Shown here: one piece after another, positions 41,298 through 54,447 of the stretch | Position numbering within the stretch: position 1 is the stretch's first letter | How the letters are laid out: each line of letters begins with the position of its first letter | NCBI RefSeq assembly: GCF_009914755.1 | Contig: NC_060928.1 | DNA from: the human T2T-CHM13v2.0 reference genome, Homo sapiens | DNA: 64,000 nucleotides | Reading direction: 5' to 3' (one strand) | The notes under the pieces: generated by a model | What the model saw: only the letters and a program-made list of their open reading frames with translations | The model's database searches: none | What the model was told of the DNA's origin: nothing | Made by a program: the position numbers and the translations under genes

Positions 41298-41505
41298 CTA
41301 AATGAAGAGAGTCAAACAAAACACATTAGATTTCGAATTTATTTATATATTGTTTTAATGGTAAATTAGAATGTACAAGGCAGTATTTCAGGAAATAATA
41401 TGATATATAATATCTTCATACTGGTGATGATATATTGGACCTTTCCTTATTTTGGTTATGAATGTAATGCAATGTAATTTAATGACAAGTTGCCATATAA
41501 CTTAC

Positions 41506-41674
41506 TACTAGAGCAACAGAGCCAACTCCTCCACGGGGAGTATTCATTGGTGCCACTGTACTCCACTGATCAGATTCTATGTCATATCTCTCCACATCAT
41601 TGAAGCAAGTATTGTCATCTAACCCTCCAATTGCATAAATTGGGCCTCCTAAGGAAGCCAAGGCAATTCCTCGC
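41506..41674 (-). CDS. KLHL8: KLHL8 exon, Kelch 3 (RGIALASLGGPIYAIGGLDDNTCFNDVERYDIESDQWSTVAPMNTPRGGVGSVALV)
   Basis: tttgcag acceptor, GTA|gtaagt donor, 169 nt; ORF 41479..41694. Confidence 0.94.
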
Positions 41675-43048
41675 CTGCAAAGACAATAAAACATACTTTA
41701 GCAAATGAGTTTGTTTCCAGGAAAAAAAGTCATATAAAAAATTGTGCTAATGCAAATCATTTATCATGTTAACCTTCAAACAGTATAGTTTGTTTCCATT
41801 ATTTTTAGATCTATCAAAGCTTTTGACTAGATGGCTACAGAATTGCCAAACTGTGCAACTCTATGTGAATACTGCCCCCTGAAGTTGTACAGTGCATAGC
41901 CTACACAGGCTACTTTAAACTCAAAACAATAAAATATAACCCAACAAAATAGTATAAAAGAGTTCAAAATATTCAATTAGTGCACACACAGCGGCATAAC
42001 TGAGAGGTTAATGAGTTGACAGAGAAGTTCTGCAGCGGAGGTCAGAAGCCAATCTCACTTACAAATCCATGCAATTACAGAGCTCATTTTGTTGCAGGGT
42101 TTCATTATACCACACAAAAGAGTATTAAATTTTATATTACAAGTTTTATGTCACGTTGCTTTATTTCTGAAGCGTATTTATTTCTCTCTAAAAGTAAGAG
42201 ACTTAGCCCATGTTAAAAGCTGATTTAACAGTGATCAAAAAAAAAACTCAATTTCTTAAAAAACACACTGCACCAATCAAAAGTTGAACTATTATCAAAC
42301 TATTATTTTGTCACTAGCTTGGATAATTTATAAACCTCTACTATCTTGTGTCTCATCTGAGACATAGATGGATATTAATGAGTTAATACATGTAAAGCAC
42401 TAAGAACAATGTCTGGCCCATATTTAGTTCTATGAAGTATTAGCTTTTATTATTATTGGAGAAAGCAGCTGCTTCACTGAGATTCTAACTCTAAATTTAC
42501 CAGAGAGTATCCAACAAAAGAATTCTTAAGGATAATGTTATCATTCACTTTCAAGCTCCTCAACCTCTTTTCTCTTGGGTATAAAGCTATGACTTACCAA
42601 ATACTGTGCTGATAAAAATGTTCAGGTGTGTGAGAACAAGTACATGTGTTCTCTAGAATGTAACGATGTTAGGTCAGGGAAATAAAGTAAGTATGCCTCA
42701 TAATTGTCCCTCCCCTTAAAGGACAAAAGCAGACAACATCATTGGCTTATTTCCTACTCCTCAAAACTCTCTTGGTTTTCATAACATCATACGTTTTAGT
42801 CCACTCCTACGTCTCTGGCTAGTGCTTTTCAGCTTCATCAGTGCCTTCTTTACTCCATCATTAAATTATAAAGTTCCCTAAGGGTCACTCTACACTTTCT
42901 CTCCCTAAGCATATCCCATTCTTTCCACAGATTTGTGATAATTCAAATATATATTTTCAGACATATACCCAATTTCTACCTCAAATCTGTCTTGCTGGCT
43001 CTTCAACCTTAACTTTAATCTGAAATGAAACTCACTGCCCACCTCGCT

Positions 43049-43569
43049 GTGGTAGGCAGAATTTTAAGATACTCCTCATCCCCCATGACCTTCATCCCCT
43101 GGTGTTACTCTCATGACTATGCTACATTATATGGCAAAAGGGAGGTGACCTTGGCGGGCCTAATCTAATCAAACAAACCTTCAAAAGCAGAGAGGTTTCT
43201 CCAGCTGATTGTCAGAAATTCAAAAAACCAAGTGAATGCAGTGTGCCATTGCTTGTTTGAAGGTGGGGGGGAACATGTGGGAAGGATCTGGCAGTGACTT
43301 GTAGCCAACAGCCAATAAAAATGAGAAACAGTCCTATAGCCACAAGGAACTGAATTCTATCAATAACGTAAATGGCCCTGGAAGTGGCTTCTTCCCCAGT
43401 GCCTCCAGACAAAAGCCTAGCCCAATCTCTTGATTCTGGCCTTGTGGGACCCTAAGTAGAAAGCCTAGCAAAACCTGCATGACTTTTGAACTGTGAGCTA
43501 ATAAATGGGTGCTATTTTAAGCTGCTAAATTGGGGGCAATTTGTTACATGGACATAGAAAATTAATACA
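43049..43569 (+). mobile_element. MaLR solo LTR (MLT1-type)
   Basis: tgtggtaggcagaa start; aataaa...ttttaagctgctaaatt...ttgttac...aataca end. Confidence 0.8.
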
Positions 43570-45341
43570 ACCCCATCACAAAACAAACAAAAATTTTATC
43601 CCATTCACCATGTTGTTTTCCTAATTCAGAAATCATACCATTATCCATCCAGTTGCTTAAGGCAGAAACCGAAGAATCATCTTTGCCTCTACCTAACTGT
43701 TCTTTCTAATTATCATAAAGTGTTTTTGACCATACACCTCTGAACTATCTTTCAAATATGTCCTCTTTTCTCTATCTCAATTTCTATCAGTATAGTCTAA
43801 GCCACCATTATTTCTTTACATCAAGGGATGAAGAATTACAATAACCCTTTTTGGTCTGTCAGACTGTTTTCACTCTGGTCATCCTCAAATCCCTTCTCCA
43901 TTTTGAATGCAGAAGTTCTCTGAAAAGAGAAATCTGATCCTACAATTCCCCTATTATTTAAATAAAAATATAAAATGTATATTTACTATACATGCATATT
44001 AAATATATATGTTTAATTCAAAGCCCATCAGATAAAATATCCTTGGCAAACTTGAAAGGCCTTCAACCTTTACTTACTCTTTCTGCCTCATTTCTAGACA
44101 CTCTTCCCCTTAATCTTCCAACTACATTGGACCACTTTCATGCTCTTTGCTCTCTTTCATCGCCTGGTTTTTGAAGGCTCTTCATCTCCCTCCACTTACC
44201 ACTCTTACCCCACCTATAATAACTTAATCAGGCTAAATTCTGCAGTTCCTTCAGATCATAATAAATGGGACTTCATTAAGATGTTCTCCACTCCTCAAGC
44301 ACCCTTTACTCACCCCATGCTAATATTATTGCCCTTATGTCATTATTTGTTATCTTCTCTTCTACAATGTAAGCTATACAGAGGCAGAGACACTGGCTAT
44401 GTTTTCTACTGCTGGTAGCAAAAAACAAAGTTGTATCTTTACCACTTGGTGTGTCTTGTGGTGGGCATTTAAAACTTTTTTTTGAATAAATAAGTGAACC
44501 TTTAGACATGCTGTCAGGATGATGGGTTTCAACAGACTCATAGCTTAAACAAACATTGGTGTCCATTTCAGTGGAAAGATGAAATAAAAAAATAAAGATA
44601 ACCAGATATTTCACATGTGAAAATGTATTGAAATGCCAAAAAGATGATTTGGGGCTATATAAGTTATAAACAAATAATATGACAAAATAATTGTAGCTCT
44701 ATTATTTTTCACACAGATTGTAAATGCTCGGGGCATATTTTAAAAGATTAAAGAAATTCAATTGCTATTTTGCTAGAGAAGTTTCATTCAATCTTTGGCT
44801 AAAAACCAACATAGTAACAGGGATATAAAGATTAAAAAAGTACTTTGGGATTTTATCTCCCATTTTAATCCATGCAGTTATCACATAGTGTAAATCACTC
44901 CCTATTAAAGTATTAAAATGTCATTTGTAGACAGTGGGAGATAACAGTTTAAGACTAGCTTTTTTTTTTCTAGGATTCTTTTTCATGAGGGGAAAAAAAG
45001 CTTAAAATGTCTTCACATTTTTTTTTAATCTTTCATATTTTAACACAAGAAGCAAAAACCAGTTGAAAATATTATTAATCAAAAATAGAAAATTAGAGGC
45101 AACATATCCCCATGTGTGGTTTAGTTTTTAATTGCTCATTTTGATAACAAGTCATTTTTGCAGAATGGTGCTAATTTGCCAACCATATAAGCCACAATGT
45201 CTCAGGTATGGTTTTACTAGTTCAGGTTTGTTTCTTTTAATTAAACTGTGGGTGATACATTTATATATATTAAGGTCAGTATCATTATATATCATATATA
45301 TGTGTGTATGTGTGTGTGTATATATATATATCACCTGCAGG

Positions 45342-45751
<410 letters not shown>

Positions 45752-47224
45752 TAGTATCTAGTTTTATACAAATTATTAAGCTCAGTCTTTGAAATCCTCA
45801 CGCTATTAACAGAACAATAAAGTTGAAAAAAAATAGGCAATAAAATTTAATCTCCCATTTGGTGCAAAATATATGTGATCTTTCTGACAATACAATTCCA
45901 ATCACTAGGAGGAATTACAGTATGCTTCATTGCTACTATACTGAATCATAAACAAATATTTATTCCTTCCTACTAAATCAACATACACTCTTAAAATATC
46001 TAGTAACTCCTGTAAGTTTTCTTGTCTCCAGATCACAACGCTTCAACTATTTTTTGTAGATAACATGGTTTTCAGTTGTATTACTAACCTGCTAGTTTTT
46101 TCTTACATGCATTCCAGATTATCATTCTCACATTTATTACAATCCATTTTTGTGCATTTTCTATAGATCTTATTTTCAAATTATAAACATGTTACTGTAC
46201 TAACAAGTTATGTTCATTATAAAACATCCACCCAAAATAAATTTTTAAAAATGTACAGAGAGTCTAATCTTTTATTCCCATACCCCAACTGGTGTTATAT
46301 ACCCTACTTCAACAATACATCTATAGATACGGAGAGATCAGTGTCAAGAACAATACAACTATAACTCCCTTAATCTAAGGCTTCACTTCTTTTAATGTAG
46401 GCAACTGTATTATATTCACTTTTTTCCTTTCCTTTTTTTTAAGAGCTGTGTTTCATAATGGTTCAGGTACTTTTCTCCATATGAAACAATCAAAAACCTG
46501 ATTTCCCACCATGTTATGTTGTACTCGTGGGATTGAGTTTTTAAAATACCTAAGGCAGGTTTTAACCTATAACTCTAATTTTAACATTTTTTAGGTTTTT
46601 GTCTAGAGTATATGTGGTCTACTCCGTCTTTGGAATCCTGATTTGGTCACATGCCTTAGTGATCTTTCCACCTTAGGATATCTAAAAAGCTGGTATTCAA
46701 GTCATTAATGAAAGTGTCAAACAGGTTAGAGTACTAAGTATGTTACTAAAAATCTTCCCTTTAGACTGATACATTAATCAGCATATATTCCAGTTTATGT
46801 TGATGAGAATATAAATATTAGAACATAAATATGTAAATGAGAACATAAATATGTAGGTGAGAACTTAAAATATTACTGTTCATCAGGATAAAAATCAATG
46901 AAGAAAAGAGAAATTGAGGACTATTTTCTTAACATGATAAAAATATAGATACCTTAGTCCTAAAGTCAGTATCTTATTTAATAGCAAAACACTAGATACT
47001 TTTCTAATAAGATCAGGAACAAGACAAAAACACCTACTATCTCTGCCATTATTCACCTGTATTAGATTATTAGGCAATACAATTAGACAAGAAAAATCAG
47101 TAAGAAGCATAAGGATGTTTGGGAAAATTGACTCAAAAAGTCTACAGATTAATTAATACTACTGTTCAATGCTAATTTCAGTAACTGCTATGGCTGTGTA
47201 ACATGTTAACATTATGGGAAGCCA

Positions 47225-47495
47225 GGTGCAGGGTAGGTGGCAAGGTTTTGCCATCTCAGCACTGGCATTTGGCATTATCTTTGCCACTGGCACTTGGGAT
47301 TATCTTTGCCACTGGCATTTGGACTAGAAGATTCTTTGCTGTGCATTATAGAATCTTTAGCAGCATTTCTGACTTCTTCCCATAGATGCTAGCAGCAATT
47401 TTCCCATCCCCAAGCTGTGACAACCAAAAATGTCTTCAGACACTGCCAAGTGTCCCATAGAGGGGACAAAATCATCCTCAGTTGAGAACCACTGG
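47225..47495. mobile_element. MER20-like hAT element with an internal 25-bp tandem duplication
   Basis: gtgacaaccaaaaatgtc...ttgagaaccactg end typical of MER20. Confidence 0.75.
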
Positions 47496-47814
47496 TACAC
47501 AGAAACTTTAATATTTTTGCAACTTCTCTGAATAAACTAAAATTATCTCAAAATAAAATGTTTAAAAAAATCAATGCTCATGTATAAGTGAAAACTGTGA
47601 CTACCATATGGTACTCTAAAACATGACTGCATTTTTAATTCTTAAAAAAAATAAAAGGTGTTAACAAAGTATCACTTTGGACATGCTAACAAAATGTGTT
47701 TGAGAAGGTATTTAAAGTTTCTAAAGTAGAAAAAAAAGTTTAAAATAAGGCCTTTAAATTTTAAGAAACTTTATTTCCACCATCAGTTCAAAATAACTTT
47801 CCATGCTGATCTAC

Positions 47815-47926
47815 CTCTTTGTGTTCATTGATGCCTTCATCATCCATTTATTAGTGAGAGGATCAAACATCTCCATACTCCCTAAATGTTCATTTCCATC
47901 ATGTCCACCTACTGCATACACTTTAC
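47815..47926 (-). CDS. KLHL8: KLHL8 exon, Kelch 2 (KVYAVGGHDGNEHLGSMEMFDPLTNKWMMKASMNTK)
   Basis: gacag acceptor, AG|gtagat donor, 112 nt, phase 1 to 2. Confidence 0.93.
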
Positions 47927-48290
47927 CTGTCAAATAGAGAAGTATTTTCATTTGACTCCAAACAAATAAATTCATATCATTAATGTTACATATATAAACA
48001 TTATATAATTAAAATATCACCATAAGTTAATTTTCAATAATTGCTGTTCTGTTCAACATTATGATCAATGTCATTTCAGTAGTTGAATGAAAAATCAATG
48101 TAAGCTTGCACTAAACATGCTGTTCTACATGAAGTTATTTATTAGTAAATGCTCTAATATTATCGCCCCCCCTTAGGCTTCCCAACTTTTTATTACTTGG
48201 TAGATGAAATCACTAATCATGCCTTCAGAGAATGCTTAATAAAATGGAAAAATGCTCTTATTAGGTTATATTTGAAAATATAAAACTGGT

Positions 48291-48592
48291 GGCTGGGCAT
48301 GGTGGATCATGCCTGTAATCCCAGCACTTTGGAAGGCTGAGGTGGGCGGATCACCTGAGGTCAGGAGATCAAGACCAACATGGTGAAAGCCCATCTCTAC
48401 TAAAAATACAAAATATTACCCGGGTGTGGTGGTGGACACCTGTAATCCCAGCTACTTGGGAGGCCGAGGCAGAATTGCCTGAACCTGGGAAGCGGAGGTT
48501 ATAGTGAGCTGAGGTCGCACCACTGCCTTCTAGCCTGGGCAACAAGAGCGAAACTTCATCTCAAAAAAAACACAAACAAACAAACAAACAAA
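48291..48592 (+). mobile_element. Alu (AluS-type)
   Basis: Dimer with (CAAA)n tail. Confidence 0.92.
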
Positions 48593-48659
48593 AACTATAT
48601 ATATATATATAAACTGTGCACACACACACACACACTTACACACATACATATAAAACTGG

Positions 48660-48925
48660 TTTGTTGTTTGGCTTTTCTTTTTGAGACAGGGTCTTGCTCT
48701 GTCACCCAAGCTGGAGTGCAGTGGCGTTATGACTGCTCAATGCAGCCTCAAACTCCTAGGCTCAAGTGATCCTTCCACCTCAGCCTCCCAAGTAGCTGAG
48801 ACCACAGGCGTGCACCACTATGTCTGGCTAAATTTTTAAATTTTTGTAGAGACAAGATCTTCCTACGTTGCCCAGGCTGGTCTTGAACTCCCAGGCTCAA
48901 ATGATCCTCCCACCTCAATCTCCAT
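48660..48925 (-). mobile_element. AluJ (5'-truncated)
   Basis: Antisense Alu with J-type features. Confidence 0.9.
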
Positions 48926-49534
48926 AAAACTGTTAATATGATCAATTTTTTTCCTCAATAAAACAAACAAAAACACACAGAGAAAGATAGGCAAGATTGT
49001 ACACCAAAATGTCAACTGTGACTACTTCTGGGTGTTTGTGTTGCAAGTGGTTTTCATTTTTTATGAAAATGTTTTTATATTGTTAAAAATTCATTTATAC
49101 TTTTATAATAAAAAAGTGATCTTTTAGAGTTTTCTGACAATTTATCCATGGTTCTAAAATTAATTCATTTTCAGGAATAAGTAAAAAAAAATTAATTGTA
49201 CTAATAATCATTAATTTTAATTAGATGGGCATAAAAAAGCTGATATGTAATTATAATTTGAGTTCTATAAACATTTTTCCTTGGTTTAGTTTTTTGGTAA
49301 CTATAACTCAGAATAGTTTAACTCTTTATATCTCTTTTCTCTGATATTCATCTCCACATTATGCACACTGAGCATCTGTGGGCACAAAGCAAGTAAATTA
49401 TCACTAACCAAGCATTTTATTTAAAAATAATTTACAATTTAGTCATTTTCTTATATAAAAATAAATTCTCAGAGTTGAAATATTTTAAAAAGAGCATTGT
49501 GATCATATGATATTTCAGACAAGAGTGGACCCAC

Positions 49535-49678
49535 CTTCCACAGAGATTACACCCACATGTCGCCTTCGACTATTCATTTCTGGTCCAAAGAACCAACTGT
49601 TTTTGTTGATAGAATAGCATTCAATACTGCGAAAGGGGTCACCAGATCCACCTCGACCACCTACACAAAACAGCACAC
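49535..49678 (-). CDS. KLHL8: KLHL8 exon, Kelch 1 (VLFCVGGRGGSGDPFRSIECYSINKNSWFFGPEMNSRRRHVGVISVE)
   Basis: cctttag acceptor, G|gtgggt donor, 144 nt, phase 1-1; ORF 49515..49796. Confidence 0.94.
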
Positions 49679-50550
49679 CTAAAGGTAAAGCCACAAAATA
49701 GAGATAAATCATAGCTGCCAAGTTGAAAAAAATTAGAAAGCCAAAACTTTGGATAAAAGCAAAAAGACAAAAAAAAGTTATTTGGATAGTATTCAATGTT
49801 ATTATGTTACTAGAAATCTAATAAAATTTTCTTCTTGTCCCCTCAAAGAATAGGGTATATCAACTATCTCTGCTTGCTAATGTCCCACTACAATATGGTT
49901 TATACTCTCACCTACCTTCTAAAATTACTCTTCCTAAGGTCGTAACAAAACCAATCAGCCTCTAAGTTAATTTCTTATTGAACACAATTGCAACATTTGA
50001 TATGCTGATCATCCCATTTTTTGGGAAACATCTTACTTCCTTGATTTCTATATCAGTCTCCTTTTGTCTCCAATCATCTATTTCCTTCTATGTTTTCCAT
50101 GTTCCATCCTTAGCCCATTTCTCACATATTTTTTGCTCACACAGGAAAAGTTCATCCCTTTGTTTTAGATTCCATCTATATCATAACACCTTCCTATATA
50201 CATTTCTAAGCCACATCTCCACTTGATGTCCCACAGACACCTCAAACCCAACAAGTTCAAAAGGATCTCCCCTTCTTGCCTACCTAAACAACCTCTTCCT
50301 TCCCTGTGGTGTCCTATCTGTTCCTCTCTATTCCCAATACCACTGGGAACAGTTCATGCCCTCATCACCTACTACTTAACTACTGCAAAATCCTGTCCTC
50401 TCTTAACACTTAGCTGTCTTTTTGCTTTCAGATTGTCAACACAGTAAACTAATGAAAAGGCTCTTTTGATAGCCTTCCATTACCTACACCAGTACTTCTC
50501 AAAAACTTTAGTGAATGCCACTGAATTGTACACTTAAAAATGGTTAAAAT

Positions 50551-50845
50551 GGGCAGGTGCAGTGGCTCATGCCTGTAATCCCAGCATTTTGGGAGGCTGA
50601 GGCAGGAGAATCATTTGAGGCCAGGAGGTGGAAACCAGCCTGGGCAACAGAACAAGACCCCTATCTCTACAAAAAAAATTTAAAATTAGCCAGCTGTGGT
50701 GGGGCATGCCTGTAGTGCCAACTACATGGGAGGCTGAGGCAGGAGGATCACTTGAGCCCATGATTTCAATGCCGCAGTGAGCTATGATTGCACCACTGCA
50801 CTCCAGCCTGAGTGATGGAGTGAGACCCTGTCTCTAAAAATAAAT
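50551..50845 (+). mobile_element. AluJ
   Basis: Dimer with J-type features. Confidence 0.9.
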
Positions 50846-51824
50846 AAGACAAAAAATGCTTAAAATGGCAAATTTTGTTATATATATTTTACCACAATTA
50901 AAAAAAAAAACAGTGTAGTGTAATTCAGAATCAGCTGGAGGGCATAAAACACAGATTGCTGGGCCTGACTTCCAGAGTTTCTGATTCAGTAGGTTTGGGA
51001 TAAGTCCAAGAATTTGCATTTCTTACAAGTTCCCAAGTGAAGGCTGATGCTGCTGGTCGAGGGGTGACCACTTCCTTCATACTTTGAGCAGCAAAGGCTA
51101 CCTTACAAGGTAAAACCTTATCACAGCATAAAGGTCTTCCAGGATCTAACCCAATCTCCTCCCCTCTTTCTCTCTCTTAAACTTCATGCTCCTGCAACTA
51201 TGCATATAGTACACATCTTTGGTGTTCCTATAGCACTTTTGGTAATTAGCATTTATTTAACACACAGTATTAAAATGATCTGTTATGCCAACATCTGTTA
51301 CCAGAGTCTAAGGTAGGTTAAGACTGTGTATTAAGCAATTATGCATTAACAAGGACTAGCACAGTACCTGCCATGTACTAGGCATTCAATAATTGTAAAA
51401 TGAACTGAACACCCTTACCCTAACTAGCATTCAGAAGAACATTTATTTATTATTCACAACCAAGGCTAAGGTTTACTTTCTCTACAAAACCTTTTCTGAC
51501 TCTTCCAAGATAAAAAATAACTACTGTTTTCTTTGTAAGTCCCATTATACCTTATGAAGATATAAAAGTACCTGTTAAGACTTTACTGCATTTATTCAAA
51601 TGTCTATTTTCCTAGACCAGACAAGTTATTCCAAAATAAGTCCGGCTGTATTCTGTATGTGCCTGCATTTCTTATGTTTAACCCAGAGCCTTTCACATGG
51701 TAGGCACTTAATAAAGGTTTGCTGAATGACTGCATAAATGAATGCCTGGTAGCTGCTTGTGCTATCTTTTTCAACTAATTCAATATTTTAAGTCAGATAA
51801 ATTTAAAGTCGGAAGAGCAGCAAA

Positions 51825-52100
51825 TTATGGTGGCTCACACCCATAATCCCAGCACTTTGGGAGGCTGAAGTGGGTGAATCACTTGAGCCCAGGCATTTGA
51901 GACCAGCGTGGGCAATATAGTGAGACCCAATCCCTACAAAAAAGAAAAAAAAATATCTGGGTATGTGCCTATGATTCCAGCTACTCAGGGGGCTGAGGGA
52001 GGAGGACTGCTCGAGCCCATGAGGTTCAAGGCACAGTGAGCTGTGATTGCACCATTGCATTCCAGCCTGGATGACAGAGCAAGATCCTGTCTCAAAAAAA
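51825..52100 (+). mobile_element. AluJ
   Basis: Diverged dimer. Confidence 0.9.
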
Positions 52101-52203
52101 TTTTTTTAATAAAAAAAAAAGTTGGAAGAAACTGTGAAGATCATTTAGTCAAATTGTTTATAAGTAAACAGAGGCCTTGATTAAGAAATTTGTTTATAAG
52201 CTG

Positions 52204-52472
52204 GGCTGGGCGCAGTGGCTCATACCTGTAATCCAGCACTTTGGGAGGTTGAGGTGGGTGGATTACTTGAGGTCAGGAGTTCGAGACCAGCCTAGCCAAC
52301 ATGGTGAAACCCTGCCTCTAGTAAAAATACAAAAAAAAAAAGAAAAAAAAAAAATTTGCCCGGCGTGGTGGGGCACACAAGAATGGCTTGAACCTGGGAG
52401 GCATGGTGAGCTGAGAAAGCGCCACTGCTCCCCAGCCTGGGTGACAGAGCGAGACTCAGTCTCAAAAAAAAA
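52204..52472 (+). mobile_element. Alu with right-arm deletions
   Basis: Left arm intact, right arm shortened; TSD aagaaatYtgtttataag. Confidence 0.88.
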
Positions 52473-53004
52473 GAAATCTGTTTATAAGTAAACTGAGACC
52501 CTGATTAATAAATTTGCCCAAAATTACAGATGTTCAATGGCACAGCTAGGATTATAATCCCAGAATGCAATGTTAATCTTTGATTAGATTTTCTTTAAGT
52601 AGAAACTAGTATTTCATCTATATAGTTCACATAGGAACATCGTATGGAAGGAAAAAAAAAAAAACTAAAATAGAAGTAAAAGACCAGGATGCATACCCTT
52701 TCTCTACTATTTCTATGTGTGACCTTCGGCATATTTTTAACTTAATTCTTAGTCTCCTCATCCTTAAAACAGAATAAAACGACCTATTTCAAAATGAGGA
52801 TCAAATCCTTATCTAAAACCTACTACATAAAGTTCCTTCAGTCATGTAGATCATTTATATGACTGTCTAGTATATTTTGGCATATAACCTAGGCTGCTAA
52901 GATGTTATTTGAATTCAATTCTGAGTTTGAAGAATTCCATCAAATACACTGACTTTCTAAATTCACAACAAAAAAGCTATACAACTAAAAAAAATCAATT
53001 CTTG

Positions 53005-53309
53005 GGCCGGGCGCGATGACTCACGCCTGTAATCCCAGCACTTCGGGAGGCCAAGGCAGGCAGATCACGAGGTCAGGAGATTGAGACCATCCTGGCTAAC
53101 ACGGTGAAACCCCGTCTCTACTAAAAATACAAAAAAATTAGCTGGGCATGGTTGTGGGCGCCTGTAGTCCCAGCTACTCAGGAGGCTGAGGCAGAAGAAT
53201 GGCGTGAACCTGGGAGGTGGAGCTTGCAGTGAGCCAGCCGAGATCGCGCCACTGCACTCCAACCTGGGCGACAGAGACTCCGTCTCAAAAAAAAAAAAAA
53301 AAAAAAAAA
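53005..53309 (+). mobile_element. AluY
   Basis: AluY diagnostics and long A tail. Confidence 0.95.
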
Positions 53310-54260
53310 TTAATTACTTACATCAACCTATAAAAAATGAGGATAATTAGTTTCATGTTAAACTAATTATCTAGAAGAACTACTTCTTCATAGGTAGGTG
53401 TATGACTTTCAGCATTTCTTTGTATTACCTAGATAAAATCTCATTCTACTCATAATCAGGTATTGCCTTTTGTTGTTGTTTTCAGGCTATCAAAGACCTC
53501 ATTATTTGATAACTGCATATTTAGATTGCACCATATATAGAGGAAGTCTCTATTTAGAGCTCCTCTTCCTAAATTTCTGAACCTCATGTATTCACTCATG
53601 TCTCAAATATGTTACGCTTTATAAATATTTTATTAAAAAGTGATACTTCTTATAGCATAATGTCTCAAAAAAAAAGAAGCGAACATGAACTATTTTCTTG
53701 GGAAAAATTATAAAGTCTAAAAATTGTATCAAATAAAGGTGAAACTGCCTGCCTCCTAAAATATAAGGGCTTTAGACTCTAAGAGTTTAATATAACCCAT
53801 TATACAAATGTTAGCTATGTTTAGTGCCCTTTTTATTTGGTAAAATGAAAAAACAAATATTTAGATGCACAATATATTTCAAGTTCCATGCTTGGCCCTA
53901 GGGATAGAAACCTAAATAAGATACTCAGCTGTCTTTGAAGAACTTAAGACATGTCAAATGAGTAAATGACAATGCAACATAGTAAACCAAGTTCAGAATC
54001 GGGAAAGATCTCAAAAGAAGAGATATTTCAGTAGGCTCTTCAGAGTATACAGGACTGATTACGGCTTTTTAAAAAACTGGCTTATTGGTAAAACTAAATA
54101 ATGTACAGTAAAAATTATAAATATATAAAACCGTATTTGCCAATTATTACTTTAAGGCAATCAGACACTAATTATATTACAACTAAGTTTGGGCACACAT
54201 GAACAACCCTCAAATACAACAAAGATCCTTCCAGGAGAATTGACAAAATAATTTGGTTAC

Positions 54261-54447
54261 CAGCAGTATGCTTCCTTGGGGTAGTCCGAATGGAGTATTC
54301 AAAGTCAGGTACTGCTCTGCTACTCAAGTGAAGGTGGTAATTTCTTGCTTCATCCAGTAAATCTCTACATTTTAGATTTTGCTTGACAATCTGTTCTTTT
54401 GCCACAACACCCATAAGAAAATCAACCGGCAACAATGGCAGGCGAAC
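54261..54447 (-). CDS. KLHL8: KLHL8 exon, BACK end and linker (VRLPLLPVDFLMGVVAKEQIVKQNLKCRDLLDEARNYHLHLSSRAVPDFEYSIRTTPRKHTA)
   Basis: cttag acceptor, G|gtaacc donor, 187 nt; ORF 54172..54435. Confidence 0.94.

Noticed and set aside
41868-41890. Minus-strand ACTTCAGGGGGCAG as a CTCF site
   Set aside because: The 5' half of the core mismatches, and it lies in a MER91-like remnant
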